A stretch of DNA of 64,000 nucleotides from Nemertoderma westbladi (taxonomy: Eukaryota > Animalia > Xenacoelomorpha). A program made the translations under genes and the position numbers. The notes under the pieces were generated by a model. The model searched no databases and was not told the origin of the DNA. It saw nothing but the letters and a program-made list of their open reading frames with translations. Positions 37,931 to 49,365 of this stretch are shown in pieces. Within the stretch, counting starts at the first letter, position 1. Each line of letters begins with the position of its first letter. The stretch lies in assembly GCA_032718475.1 (NCBI GenBank), contig JAUCBJ010008725.1:6464-70463 (forward strand), written 5' to 3'.

Positions 37931-38635
37931 TATTATAACTATTTCATGACGAATAATCTTGCACTTACCAGCTTCTTCTTTTGGGGTTACCTAAAATAAT
38001 ATATTATATTCATGAAATTTGTGAGCTGTAACATAGGGTAAGCCTGCTAATTTATTTTGTGTTTTATTCATCAGATAATACAAGCTGTTGGGGCCTTCGC
38101 GCAGCACGTGACGCATCACAGAGCAGAATCCCTTAACAATTAGTCACACCACCAATGACGCGCTTTAGCGGATAGTATGAATAACGAAATGGGACATATT
38201 CACAAATGTCGCCCTCTGGCGGCAGACAGGAAATTTGCGATGGCTCGGTCTCGGTGTCATGTTATCATAAAAGACTCAGTCTATGGAGTAGTCATATATT
38301 TTTGTGATGACCAACTTCTATTACTCCTGTTGACTGACGTTACTCTCATTAATGCTAATATGGTTTATTGAATGTCACATTAGTTACAAAAATATTCCAC
38401 TTATTATTGTTATACTGTAGGTAGCTTCGATATACATTCACTAAAACTAATTCGTATATTCTTATTGATCGCAATGAAAACATATTTAATTTACAGTAGC
38501 TTCATTTCGTAGATTAGATGTAGCCCCATTTCAATCTCAATGATCAATTTATTCGGTATTACTAGTAAACTAAATTTGATATGATGTAATATTTTCTACA
38601 ATAAGAAAATTGGATTTCATTTCGTAACTGTCATT

Positions 38636-40311
38636 GGGAATCTTACACTTTACCGTGCCATTATAGCCATATTTTGATATAATAAAATTATCTTAAAATA
38701 TTTGTTCTAAAACAAAAAATATTTATTCTAGAACAACATTTGAATATTAAATGTATAGATAATATGTTCTAGAACATTAAAAAAAGAAACAAGTGATCAT
38801 GGTCAAATAAGATTGGACATTTGAGAAGTACCAAAAAATCCACTTTTTTCTTTAAACCTCTATAGAAAGAACAATTTTGCATTTTATGATCTGCAATTTT
38901 CACGGTTTACTAAGAAAATTGAATTTTACCAATTTCCAAAAGAAATTTTTGAAAAATGTGGTATAGAAGTGGCTCAATAGGTAAAGTTAGCTCGAACCAC
39001 TTAATCTTCTCCCAGGCTGTGTCACACTCTGGGAGTGAAATAAAACTCCTGCATTTGGGCACATTAAAAGCCGTTCATTCTCGTGGCATATAAATGTGAT
39101 CAACTTTTAAATGAAAATGGGACGTATTTGTGGCTTCTTTTTGATATAAAAAAATATATAAAACCAAATTGGTATTCTTTATAAAGAATAAAAAATAATA
39201 ATAATACGTCTAAATGCGCCAAAACATTGTCAAAATTGTTTTTTAACATATTACAAAAGATAAAAAAAGTATTTTTTCATTAATTGTGACGATTTGGTGG
39301 TTTCAATATGAACTTATACTTTCGAAACTTTAGACTATAAATTGCAAAAAAACTCGTGGGTAAACAAGAATTATAGAAAAATAGTTCTTTCAACATTTTC
39401 CAAAAGATAAAAAACGAATTTTTAAATTAAATGTGATGATTTGGTGGTTCAATAGGCAGGTAAGTTTTTGAAGTTTTATATGAAAAATTGAAACGATTTT
39501 AATGGGTGCGCTCAAAAGGTTGCAAAATTGTTCTTGTGTTTATTTTGAAAAAAATAAACAATCTTTTTAATTAAAAGTGACGATCAGGCGGCTTCGATAT
39601 GTATTTAAACTTTGAAATTTTAGTCTATAAAAAAAAATCTCATAAAATGATTTATAAAATGATTTATAAAGAAGTTTAATTAAATTATACGCACACTTAC
39701 AAATAGAAATGAAAATAACAATATTTTTAATTACGTGACCATTGGGCGGTTTTGATAGTATGCAATTATGAAATGTTTATACTGTAGGTTTGAATTCCCC
39801 ACTTTTGTGAATATTGATTATAAGGATGGCAAATTGATGGGTCCATCGCCAAAAGTTTTGTTTTTTTGGGATAAATCACCAATTTCATTGAAATTTAACA
39901 AGAATATGAAGGAAGGAGAGCCACAAAGAAGTCACTGTCCGAGGGAATGAGTCATACAGTAGTTAAACATATACTGTAGTTCAACAAATTATTATTGAGC
40001 GCCCAGTTAAATTGTACTGTATAATGTTTGTAAACTTTGAAAAAAGGAAGAAAATTATAAATTATTATGTAAGAAAATGAAGTAGGGCCTAACGTCGAAA
40101 CAAAGTAACTGTATGTTGCATGTTATACATATGTTGCATATATTATGGTATCACTTGCGTAAATATATATTATATAATTATAACAATTATATTTTTTTGA
40201 AATATATTGAATATATAGGTGGCTCGGCAAACTGTAAGAGAGCTCCTCAGTCCTATTACACTTTACCGTGCCATTATAGCAATAGGTGGCACGGCAAACT
40301 GTAAGAGAGCC
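38636..40311. mobile_element. Non-autonomous TIR element with GG ends and 8-bp TSD (Merlin-like), internal degenerate AT-rich repeats
   Basis: GGGAATCTTACACTTTACCGTGCCA versus reverse-complement end GGCTCTCTTACAGTTTGCCGTGCCA. TSD CTGTCATT at 38628-38635 and 40312-40319. Confidence 0.75.
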
Positions 40312-41397
40312 CTGTCATTTATTATATTTATTTTACATTTATAGTGCTTCTTGTAGTCTAGAACGTCAAAAACACATTTCATAGATAAGTCCAGAAAAAG
40401 AGAAAGAATTGGGTCGAGGTGTCCGAATGATACGAAGGTCTGGGGTGCTTCGTTTCGTCAGAAATGTAAGAATTTAACTGTTACCTGAGCAATTGACTCT
40501 CGTTTATTACTTTAGTTAGAATAACGTGCCAACCTCCTCATTTTCTTTAATCTACCTATTCGGACCTTCATCCCATTTGGCGGCATTTGGGGACTGGAAC
40601 CCTCCTGAACCGAAAGGATTATGGCTATTTCTTCTGTATTATATTTTAGGAAGTGAAGAAATCCATCCATCCAATAACGCGGGAAATTCAAAACGTAGTT
40701 AGGGCAAACCTGATTGCAATAATTATTGTACGGTAGGCCTAAACTGTACGTATAAAATCACAAACAGACAAAGCAAAACCCTGAAACCACAGTTCAGAAA
40801 TATTATGTTCCGGTTGGCTGCGTACTTACTAACGTGTGAATGTTCCTGAAATCTATTGCCATACTTAAACGCGATTATGACAGTACGAGTGCAGTTTAGT
40901 GACTAGCTCCTGACTGAGAGTGGCTACCGGAACTGCAAGTGGCCTATCTGACTGTCTGAATACTGGAATATGTCTCTATAATGCTTTATGTCTGTATGTA
41001 CCGCTTTATCTACAGTCCTACCGTATTCAGTACGGTATACTGGTATATGCAGATGTACCAGTACGCACCGCACCGCACATGTACGCATTGTTGTGTGAAT
41101 GGCAATAATTACATCTCATTATTGCATTATTATGAATGTATTCCGAAAGGTATACATTGGTAAGGTACACGTATAAACATTTGGTCGTAATTCAGTAATT
41201 ATAAGAGTATAATAAGTCTATATCTGTATGTGACCCGGTTTGTCTACTGTCTGGCGGTTGGTATCTGTTCGTTTTATGTTTTCGTAATAAGCCAATGTCT
41301 ACCTGTTTTTGTATAGATTTCCTTAAATTTTCCATTGTTGTGTGTGTCTCTTCTGTTTAGCCAACTTTATTGTCAGTCAATTAAATCCCATCCCAAC

Positions 41398-42258
41398 ATG
41401 TTGTTGCGTTTATTAAATAGACCGGCTGCCGTTAATAACAACGTATTGTTTCGGTTCCGGAATCAACTACATTGCTACCCGTCTTCGGTAACTTTACTCG
41501 TGTCGCCTTCTATTAAAACTGTAGCGAATTGTTATTCCTGCCGACCTATTATATCCCAACCGTTGACTTCACTTCATCGTCATATAAACTTCAACTATTT
41601 TGCTATTAACAGGTATTTATCCCAAAAACACAATGGTAAAGCTGAAGAAAATTTTCAGCCAGTTGATGTAAATTCCTCCTTAACTATTTTAGATAAATGC
41701 AAAATTATAGCGAAGCAGTATGGGATTGTGTTCATCCCATTACACACTGCAATGTGCGTAGTTTGGTTTGCAGTAATATACTACGCGATTAAGTACGGCA
41801 TAAATCTTGGTGCTGTGTTGGAGTACATCCCTCTACCAAGTAATCTACGCAGTTTACTCAACGAGCACCAGACAGCCGGAGTCTGGGTTACGGCACTCGC
41901 GGTATTTAAGGTCTCAGGTATGTTGCGATATCCTTTGGATATCGGTCTCACCTTATTTGTTGTCCAGCAATTCCGAAAGTTCGGATATTTTAATCAACCG
42001 CCTCCTAATTTACGGAGCGATATTATCGGAAATGTAAAAAACCGACGAAAAAACGCCGGAAATAATCTTAAGAAACAGAGAGACAACGTAACTCTTAGAC
42101 TAGCGACAGGGAGGATTCGTTTGAGACAATCGTTGTGGAGAAAACGAGATAGTATAAAGAAAAGTTTTAGAAATAAACAGCAGAAGTATGGGAGATTGCG
42201 AACCAGATCGATTCGTTCTAATGGTTCTGGTTTTAGTGGTAAAAATAATACCAGATAA
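41398..42258 (+). CDS. FAM210A: FAM210A-like (DUF1279) mitochondrial inner-membrane protein
   Basis: ATG at 41398 begins an Arg/Leu/Ser-rich presequence-like stretch. KQYGIVFIPLH...VWFAVIYYAIKYGIN...TALAVFKVSGMLRYPL...FRKFGY matches the FAM210A pattern. Basic coiled-coil-like tail. Confidence 0.82.
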   Translation: MLLRLLNRPAAVNNNVLFRFRNQLHCYPSSVTLLVSPSIKTVANCYSCRPIISQPLTSLHRHINFNYFAINRYLSQKHNGKAEENFQPVDVNSSLTILDKCKIIAKQYGIVFIPLHTAMCVVWFAVIYYAIKYGINLGAVLEYIPLPSNLRSLLNEHQTAGVWVTALAVFKVSGMLRYPLDIGLTLFVVQQFRKFGYFNQPPPNLRSDIIGNVKNRRKNAGNNLKKQRDNVTLRLATGRIRLRQSLWRKRDSIKKSFRNKQQKYGRLRTRSIRSNGSGFSGKNNTR

Positions 42259-42675
42259 TTGTTGGAATGTGGTAAATATTGTTCTCTTAGGAAGATAATA
42301 ATAATGTGGTCTCGGGTTTATATTTGGTATTTAAACAAGTTCTGGCTGAGAGACAAATTATGTGATGACAATTGCTTTATAAGATAAAATTAAGGATACT
42401 TTCAAATATTTCAATTCATTTGAATTTGGGTTCCGATCTTGTAAATTTGTTTATGAATCTGATAGATTACTTATTATTTTTATAATCTCATTTAGTGAGG
42501 TAATTACTCTATGTGTGGCATTGTGTATTTTTGAATTGAGGAATTATTGGACGAGTTTGATAATTGTGCTGGAATTGAGTCCCTAAATTTAAAATTATCA
42601 TCGAATCCGTGAGTGTATTCTATATATTGGGTTCACTATTACTATATATCAGTTATAATCAAATCGAATATCTTA

Positions 42676-45600
42676 GGTCAAAGTCAAAATAAATGTTACA
42701 AAAGCGAAACTTTGGGATGAAATTTCATATCTGACTAAATATAGGAACATCATATGCCGTTGGAAAGATATTGACGAGCTGAATCCGAATTTGACAAAAA
42801 AAAATAAAGATAACTAAAATGCAAGACGTTATTGTCAAAAAACTGATTTAAATGATTCACGTCTACAGTTTTACTTGTAGCACATGATACAGATTATTCA
42901 CCTCTACATTTTAACGTATACCATGAGCAATAACTCCTTCAGTAGTTGAATAAGTGGTTGCTCACGGTATACATTTTATGTGTTTCTTTGTGAATGATGT
43001 GGTTAGTGTAGAGTAGACCATGAATTGAATCAAGTCCTGCAAGTCTGTGATAACTCTGGAGCATTTAGAATACAAATATTAGTGCGAATTTCTATTTCAC
43101 AGACGTATGATAGGGCTTACATGAATAAAATTATGCAAATTTCGACTGATTTACATTATTTAAGTATATGACTGCACTGGTGCATTAGCATTATTACTCA
43201 TTTAACATTAACATTAAACAATTACAGTAATTTAAAAAACTTCTCATCGAAGAAGATCAGTTTTCTCATCAGTCTCTTCACTATAACTATTATTTATTGT
43301 TCAATATTTTCGAATCCTAAAAACTTCTGATCGAAGATGCGTTGTTTCGTAGGAAACTTGTCGCAGAAGTAGCCTTTAATACACAAACTGCAGTAACACG
43401 AAAGCTCGCGGAAATGAAACTCGGATTGCTTAGCAATTATATGGTGTAATTTAAGTGTCCCTTCGACAGGAGTGGGACATTTATATGAAGGAGGCAGTAC
43501 TGACCACTCTTCATCGATCTCATCCTTTGAAATAAAAATAAACTTGCAACTTTTCAGTTGTTTACTGCCTTTGCAGTATAAATAAACATCTTCAGCCGTG
43601 TTCATTACCACACCCTTCAAGCATGCATCGCGAGCATGTCGTTTGACTAAACTACCAATGCCATCGGGCGCGCCTTTACCGTGACCAGTTTCGAAATAGT
43701 CGAATGTTAATTTAACGGAAAGGATTTCAGGAAGATCGCGCAAAGAATGAAACGCGAATCTGCTCTTGTATTGAGCTCCAGATCCATCTGAAAATCGATA
43801 CACAATCTCAACTTGTTCACCTTTATCACGTAAATACTTGACCAGTTTCTGTGTTGCGAGTCGCACAAAGACGTGGTCATGGTCTAATGAGTTTGATATG
43901 AAAACGAGATTTATACAACCTCCACCAACTAAATAAACTCGAACAGGATGAACTGTCACATGTTTCTTACCCCAGTGAGCCTGCTGGATCTCATCATCAA
44001 CCTCAATCGTAAAGTTTTCGGCAAAATCCATCCAGATCAAAATTTCTCCAGGAACGAGACTTTCAGCCAATGTCCGTCTTGCTAAATACTGGTTTTCAGC
44101 TCTGTAGAGATGACATATAATTGAATGAATATCACCCTTAACGTCTTTAATCACATCTGTCGTTTTTGACTTTTTTTCCTCTAATACCCATTTGGTTTTC
44201 TTACTATCATCAGCAATCTTCACCTTTTTCCACTCTTTTACAACAACATTTGAATCCATTATAGTTCCATAAAGATGATCGACTTTACTATCACAGCAGC
44301 CATCATGAGATTTTACACATTCAACCTTGTCCGGACATGCCAATCGTTTCGTTATGCTATACTCATTTGTGGGTAAATTTCGTATTCCCTGGTTTCGTCC
44401 AGCCACAACAAGAGCTTCTAGTTTGAATTTAAAATTAGTACACTGGGTACACTGGCAGACTCTCCTATCAGATGGTTTAATCCGTCGAACATTCACTGGT
44501 CGAAGTTTCTTGAAGGTAGTGAATCCCAGTTTGAAATCACGATAGATTGATTTAAACTGTGCGAATGCCTCATCCATTGTAATTAATAAAGCTCTTCTGT
44601 TTGCTTTCATACATGGTAAAACGCGAGAAACCTCATCCCTGTTGAAGAATTCAAATGCCTTATCCTTCCAAATATCTGCAGCTTTAACACGAACTTTCGA
44701 CTTGTTGTTGATAACTCTCCACACAAATTGCCTATTGCAACCAACCCTCGAAGCTATTTTGGTAATTGATTCGTTTTGTTTTCTCTTTAATTGTATAAGA
44801 TTCTTTTTAGATTTTTTGGGCAACTCTCCATAATTCTCCTTCATAGAATTGTCAACAGCTGTTGCTGCTGCAGTACGCGCTAAAACTCGTTGTAAAACTC
44901 TGTCCTTAAATTTTGCAGTTTTAGGCAGTTTATTTAAAATTCTGTTACTCAATGTTCGGACAACATCCTTGCTCGGTGATTTTCCGTCCACTATAACATC
45001 TATTTCCACATCCATTACCTCAGCCCCTCCCTCCTCAACAGCTACTGAATTATCTTCCCCACAGCACTCCATTCTAGCACTATCACTTCTACCACTCCCC
45101 CCTTTAGCATTCTTCCCTCTAGCACTCCCCCCTCTAGAACTACTGGTGCTCTCATCAGCCAGCTGCTTAATCTGTTCCTTTAGTGCAAAATTCTCATTTA
45201 TCAACTCCATGATTTGAACATCCTTTTCACGTTTGCGACGCTCTTGTTGACTCAATTGACGGGAAGTAGAAGGTGGTGTAATATCAACTCCAACTGTCTC
45301 ATTCGAGTTGATTGGCGTTCGTTTTGAATGTTTTCCATTTTCAACTTCTTTCTTCTTTTTTAAACGCCACTTTCTTTGTTTGATATTGTTCAATAATCGC
45401 TGCTGTTTACAGAATGCAGGATCACTTTTCATTTTCTCCTGTTTCTCCTTCGATTTCTCCTTGTCACGTATCCTTCGTCGTTCTTTTTCGCGTTCATAAT
45501 ATTCTTTGTGTTTTTTTCTATATCTAGTCGCTCGACTCATCACTTTGCCCACAACTTCCGCTGTTGATGCCGCCATGTTGGTTTTGGTTGATGACTTCGT

Positions 45601-46984
45601 CCGTTGGATGACTCTATTACTTCGTTTTGTCCCTGTGCTTGGTTGGCTTACACTCTTCATTTTATCCAACGTTGATGGTTTATCCAACGTTTTATCCGAT
45701 GTTCCGGTAACATTCAACGCAATACGTTTATTATTTTTCGGTTGTTTACGGTTTGGATTATTGTCGCTAATTTCTAAACCCTCCTTATCGCGTGCCACTT
45801 CTTTACCGTTTCGCTTCGTTTTCTTACTGCTACGTTTTTTAAACAGTCGCTTCCCTCCTCCTCCTGTGGTACGCATCCGTTGCAACGACTCTATCTTATT
45901 CGATTTCTTAACAGTACTTCTAGCATTTAGATCACCACTAATTTGACTAACTGTACGCGCCATAATTTAAACAGAAAATTCGAATTATAGGATTAGGATA
46001 TATAGAATTAGGCTGTAGTGTAGTGACTAATTATTAAGTACCAGTGGCACTTTAAATTTGCCTCTCATGGTTTATACTGCTGACTGTACATAATTTCAAA
46101 TTGCATACTGTAGACGATTAGTTTTGTAGACCGTGAACACGATAAACAAGTACCATGAACCATTATTTATGATAAGTGTTCATGGTATTCAGTTTCACAG
46201 TCTACAACGTTTGTTTCATGATTACATACTTTAAGGCGTAGAGACAATATAATGCAATGGTCATAAATGAATGATAATAAAAATAAAACCTATGATGAGC
46301 AGCTCCCATTTACACCATGAACCAACATATCCACGATCACACAGTTTCTGAAATGTGGAATTGAAATTTGATTCACGGTCTACAATGTTTATCTAAAATA
46401 GTGATTCACGGTGTTTAGAGCAATGGAAAATTAATATTGCGGTAGAGGGAGTTGCCGTGTAATTAATTTAATAATTATCGATATATGAACTTTCAGAGAA
46501 AATATAACATTAAGGGCTTTGCTCTGGGAATTTCGGAATTATCTCACTTCCAATTTCCCCAAATATTTGATAATATTAGTCAACTTCCCTAGCGAATATT
46601 CAGGCATGTGAAACAATGCCAAAATTGTATATTTTGGGCCCATCATATATTTAAAGGAATGTCAACATCTTAACATTCTAATGAACCCCTACTTTGCATG
46701 TCACACAACTCCAATCAAGAGTGACAGGGCGTTCATATTGAAATAGTCAAAAAGTTTCGTTCATGGTCTACAGGTCTGGTCTACATAAGTGGACTCCAAA
46801 GTGGTTGGATAAAGGTATATTTTTGTGTAAGTGGTGCTGGATTTTATCTATGTTGTAGTGTTTATCAAGAGCTTTAAAATGAGCTATTGGTTATCAAATT
46901 TGGTCCAGTGGTTCAAAAGTTACAGACTTTTAAAAAAATCAGCCATTGTGAAACACTGATGTAACATTTATTTTGACTTTGACC
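42676..46984 (-). mobile_element. Full-length Sola-type (probably Sola2) DNA transposon
   Basis: Perfect 25-bp TIR GGTCAAAGTCAAAATAAATGTTACA. 4-bp TSD CTTA at 42672-42675 and 46985-46988. One long ORF. Confidence 0.88.
43294..45963 (-). CDS. DDD-type transposase, 889 aa
   Basis: Basic N-terminus, HTH-like segment, CQCTQC. Catalytic motifs WMDFAENF...EIQQAHW, FSDGSGAQYK and YFETGHGKGAPDGIG..VKR. C-terminal HH...CYCSLC. Uninterrupted. Confidence 0.9.
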   Translation of the reverse strand: MARTVSQISGDLNARSTVKKSNKIESLQRMRTTGGGGKRLFKKRSSKKTKRNGKEVARDKEGLEISDNNPNRKQPKNNKRIALNVTGTSDKTLDKPSTLDKMKSVSQPSTGTKRSNRVIQRTKSSTKTNMAASTAEVVGKVMSRATRYRKKHKEYYEREKERRRIRDKEKSKEKQEKMKSDPAFCKQQRLLNNIKQRKWRLKKKKEVENGKHSKRTPINSNETVGVDITPPSTSRQLSQQERRKREKDVQIMELINENFALKEQIKQLADESTSSSRGGSARGKNAKGGSGRSDSARMECCGEDNSVAVEEGGAEVMDVEIDVIVDGKSPSKDVVRTLSNRILNKLPKTAKFKDRVLQRVLARTAAATAVDNSMKENYGELPKKSKKNLIQLKRKQNESITKIASRVGCNRQFVWRVINNKSKVRVKAADIWKDKAFEFFNRDEVSRVLPCMKANRRALLITMDEAFAQFKSIYRDFKLGFTTFKKLRPVNVRRIKPSDRRVCQCTQCTNFKFKLEALVVAGRNQGIRNLPTNEYSITKRLACPDKVECVKSHDGCCDSKVDHLYGTIMDSNVVVKEWKKVKIADDSKKTKWVLEEKKSKTTDVIKDVKGDIHSIICHLYRAENQYLARRTLAESLVPGEILIWMDFAENFTIEVDDEIQQAHWGKKHVTVHPVRVYLVGGGCINLVFISNSLDHDHVFVRLATQKLVKYLRDKGEQVEIVYRFSDGSGAQYKSRFAFHSLRDLPEILSVKLTFDYFETGHGKGAPDGIGSLVKRHARDACLKGVVMNTAEDVYLYCKGSKQLKSCKFIFISKDEIDEEWSVLPPSYKCPTPVEGTLKLHHIIAKQSEFHFRELSCYCSLCIKGYFCDKFPTKQRIFDQKFLGFENIEQ

Positions 46985-47329
46985 CTTATTATTAATTATT
47001 TAAACAATACAGAGATGGAGCCCTATTTGTAGAACTAATTTCTTAACACAAAGAATCTCTTTGCATTTTCATTTCATTATATTGTATATATAATTTGTTT
47101 ACTCTGTTAAATCGGGTCTCTTTCAATCTGGAACCCGCAGCCAGAACATTGCAATTCGTATTGGTATTGCATGTAATGTGTATATGCATGCATTAATGCT
47201 GTGCAGAATTCGTTTAAATTTCAGAAAATCCGCCGTACCAAGTTGGCTTCAGTCGATTATTGATGATAACAATATCGACCTACTGAAATCACCCCAAAAC
47301 ATTTACTATATACTCCATCACCCGCCCGA

Positions 47330-48470
47330 AATACAAATTATTTTCTGAATAAGAGTCTGACCAGTTACATATTTTACATACAATATATTTAACGTGTTGC
47401 TTAAAATATTAATCACAACTAGTTCAGCTCACCGTCGATATCCAGTGGTTTATAATTTTTTAAAAATTTTAGTCATCGCAGGGGGGGGGGGGGGGGGGGA
47501 TAGGAATAGAGAGAATAAATGGAGAGAATAATAATAGAAGAGAAGAGTAAATAAGATGAGAAAGAGAGCGGATGACAAATCGAAGAGAAAATACGACACG
47601 ATGAAGAGAAGAAGAGCGACTTAAAGAGACGCTATTTTTACACATACGATGACGTTTAAGTCTTGACTTTAAAAAAATATGAAGATAAGATAGAGATTTG
47701 GGTAAAGTCTCGAATTAAATCTCAGTATAAGTAGATGTATGTATATATTTAATTAATTATCGCTTAACTCGAATTATTAATTATTATATACAATGATCCA
47801 ATAGAACCTTTGAATACCGCGAGTTATAAAACAAAGATGTTTTTTTGTTCTTACTGATACCCACCCGCCCCCCCGCAATTTTTCGAGGAGGGAAAAGCGC
47901 TATGAGCCGGTATTTTAGATTTTGCCTTTATAATTTTATAAGCTATTTAAAAAAAGTGTATTTTGCGAAATTGCACCCTTTGTATCGCCGCCATTATTCA
48001 CATTAGTCGTGATTTATTTATATCATTAGAAAGCTTGCGTTGCAAGGATTCCAAATATGTAACAGTGTCCGAATTTAGTTGAGAAGCAGCGGAGATATGG
48101 GCGTTCAAACTTTGCAAGTACTCAATTAGGATATTTTCTGTTACCGTTGTTGCCGTTCTATAATAATGCTTTCAAGAATATTGTGTATAAAATATGGAAA
48201 ATGGTCACGATGCGAAGGAAGCGATTTCGCAAAAGTTTCTTATTAAAAAAAGCTAATTAAAAAATTTAAATTCAAAATCTAAAATATGCGGTATGAACGC
48301 ATCTAAAAAACTTTCCTGCGATTGTTAATATACCAAAACAATAAATTAATCTAGAAAAATATAGGGACTAACCTAAAACTAATTCGAAATTCATCCCAAC
48401 CAAAATTGTTTGATTCTACATCTACAATATTTTACACATGCCAAAAAATTATTAAATTATTCTGGAACAT
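47330..48470. mobile_element. Degraded long-TIR MITE remnant
   Basis: ~47905-47975 is a diverged reverse complement of ~48220-48292. 48025-48075 resembles an arm of the 34291-35085 MITE. Ends are uncertain. Confidence 0.45.
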
Positions 48471-48544
48471 TATATATTAGTTTGCTACTCACAAATTTTC
48501 AATGGTTCTGTTGATGATGATTCAGGCAGGGAGGAATCACTGGT

Positions 48545-49360
48545 CAATCAGTCCTCATCCACATGCTCAGGCAAGCCATCCCTGGAGCTTATGCACTTAC
48601 GATCAGACATTTCCTGCGGATGTCGAAGTTAACTGACAATATTGTGGTTTTCTTGGCGTTAAAAAATAGACCAACACTAGAAGCAGCCTGTTCCAAAGAG
48701 CTGAAATTGAAGAGCCGTTGGGCTCCCTCAAGTGATTCTGAGAGTACTCCTAAAGTCAACATGCAAAGCAAAGTCTAGATCAGTTAGGTACTTGTCGGGA
48801 TTTTCTCGACTTCTGGTGCCAGTGTAGGTGGAGTTATCATCACCCCTTCATCATTATGATGATCTAAGGACATGCGTAGAACATAGTCAACCACAATAAT
48901 GAACAAGAATGGTGCAAGTGTGTCTCTTTGGAGGACACCCCATAACACTTCAAATGGTTCTGTGTCACCATCAACCCTAGAGACAAATGTCGTCGAACCA
49001 TCATTATACTGATCTGATTGCTGCAATAATTTCATCAGGAATCCCATATAATGAAAGTATGCTGAACATACGTGAGTGAGAGACTGAATCAAAGGCCTTG
49101 AAGAAGTCAACAAAGATAACAGGGAGATGTCTGTCTTTCTGTCCTTCTTCAATTATCCTTCTAAGTGCCAAAATGGGCTCCATGGTCCCACGACCTTTAC
49201 GGAACCCATTCTGATTTCCACGGAGCAGTCTCTCAATGGGATCCCTGATGCGATTTAATAGAATTCTATTGTATAGCTTTGCAGCAATCTAGATCAACAA
49301 GATTCCACTAAAATATGCATAGTGTTAGGTTGCCCTCCTTGGGAATAGTGACCAACGAGT
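48545..49360 (-). pseudogene. RTE-clade LINE reverse transcriptase remnant
   Basis: Frameshifted frames give AAKLYNRILLNRI, NQNGFRKGR, GVLQRDTLAPFLFIIVVDYVLR and GLFFNAKKT. Confidence 0.85.
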
Positions 49361-49365
49361 CCGTA

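Noticed and set aside
38078-38115. Fragment resembling the 60-bp repeat of the CAG-ended element
   Set aside because: Too short, with no TIR or TSD context to call.
40400-40700. More GC-balanced stretch that could be an exon of a gene divergent from FAM210A
   Set aside because: Only short frames and no recognisable motif.
44327-45946. Plus-strand ORFs overlapping the transposase
   Set aside because: Antisense shadows of the long minus-strand ORF with non-ATG starts.
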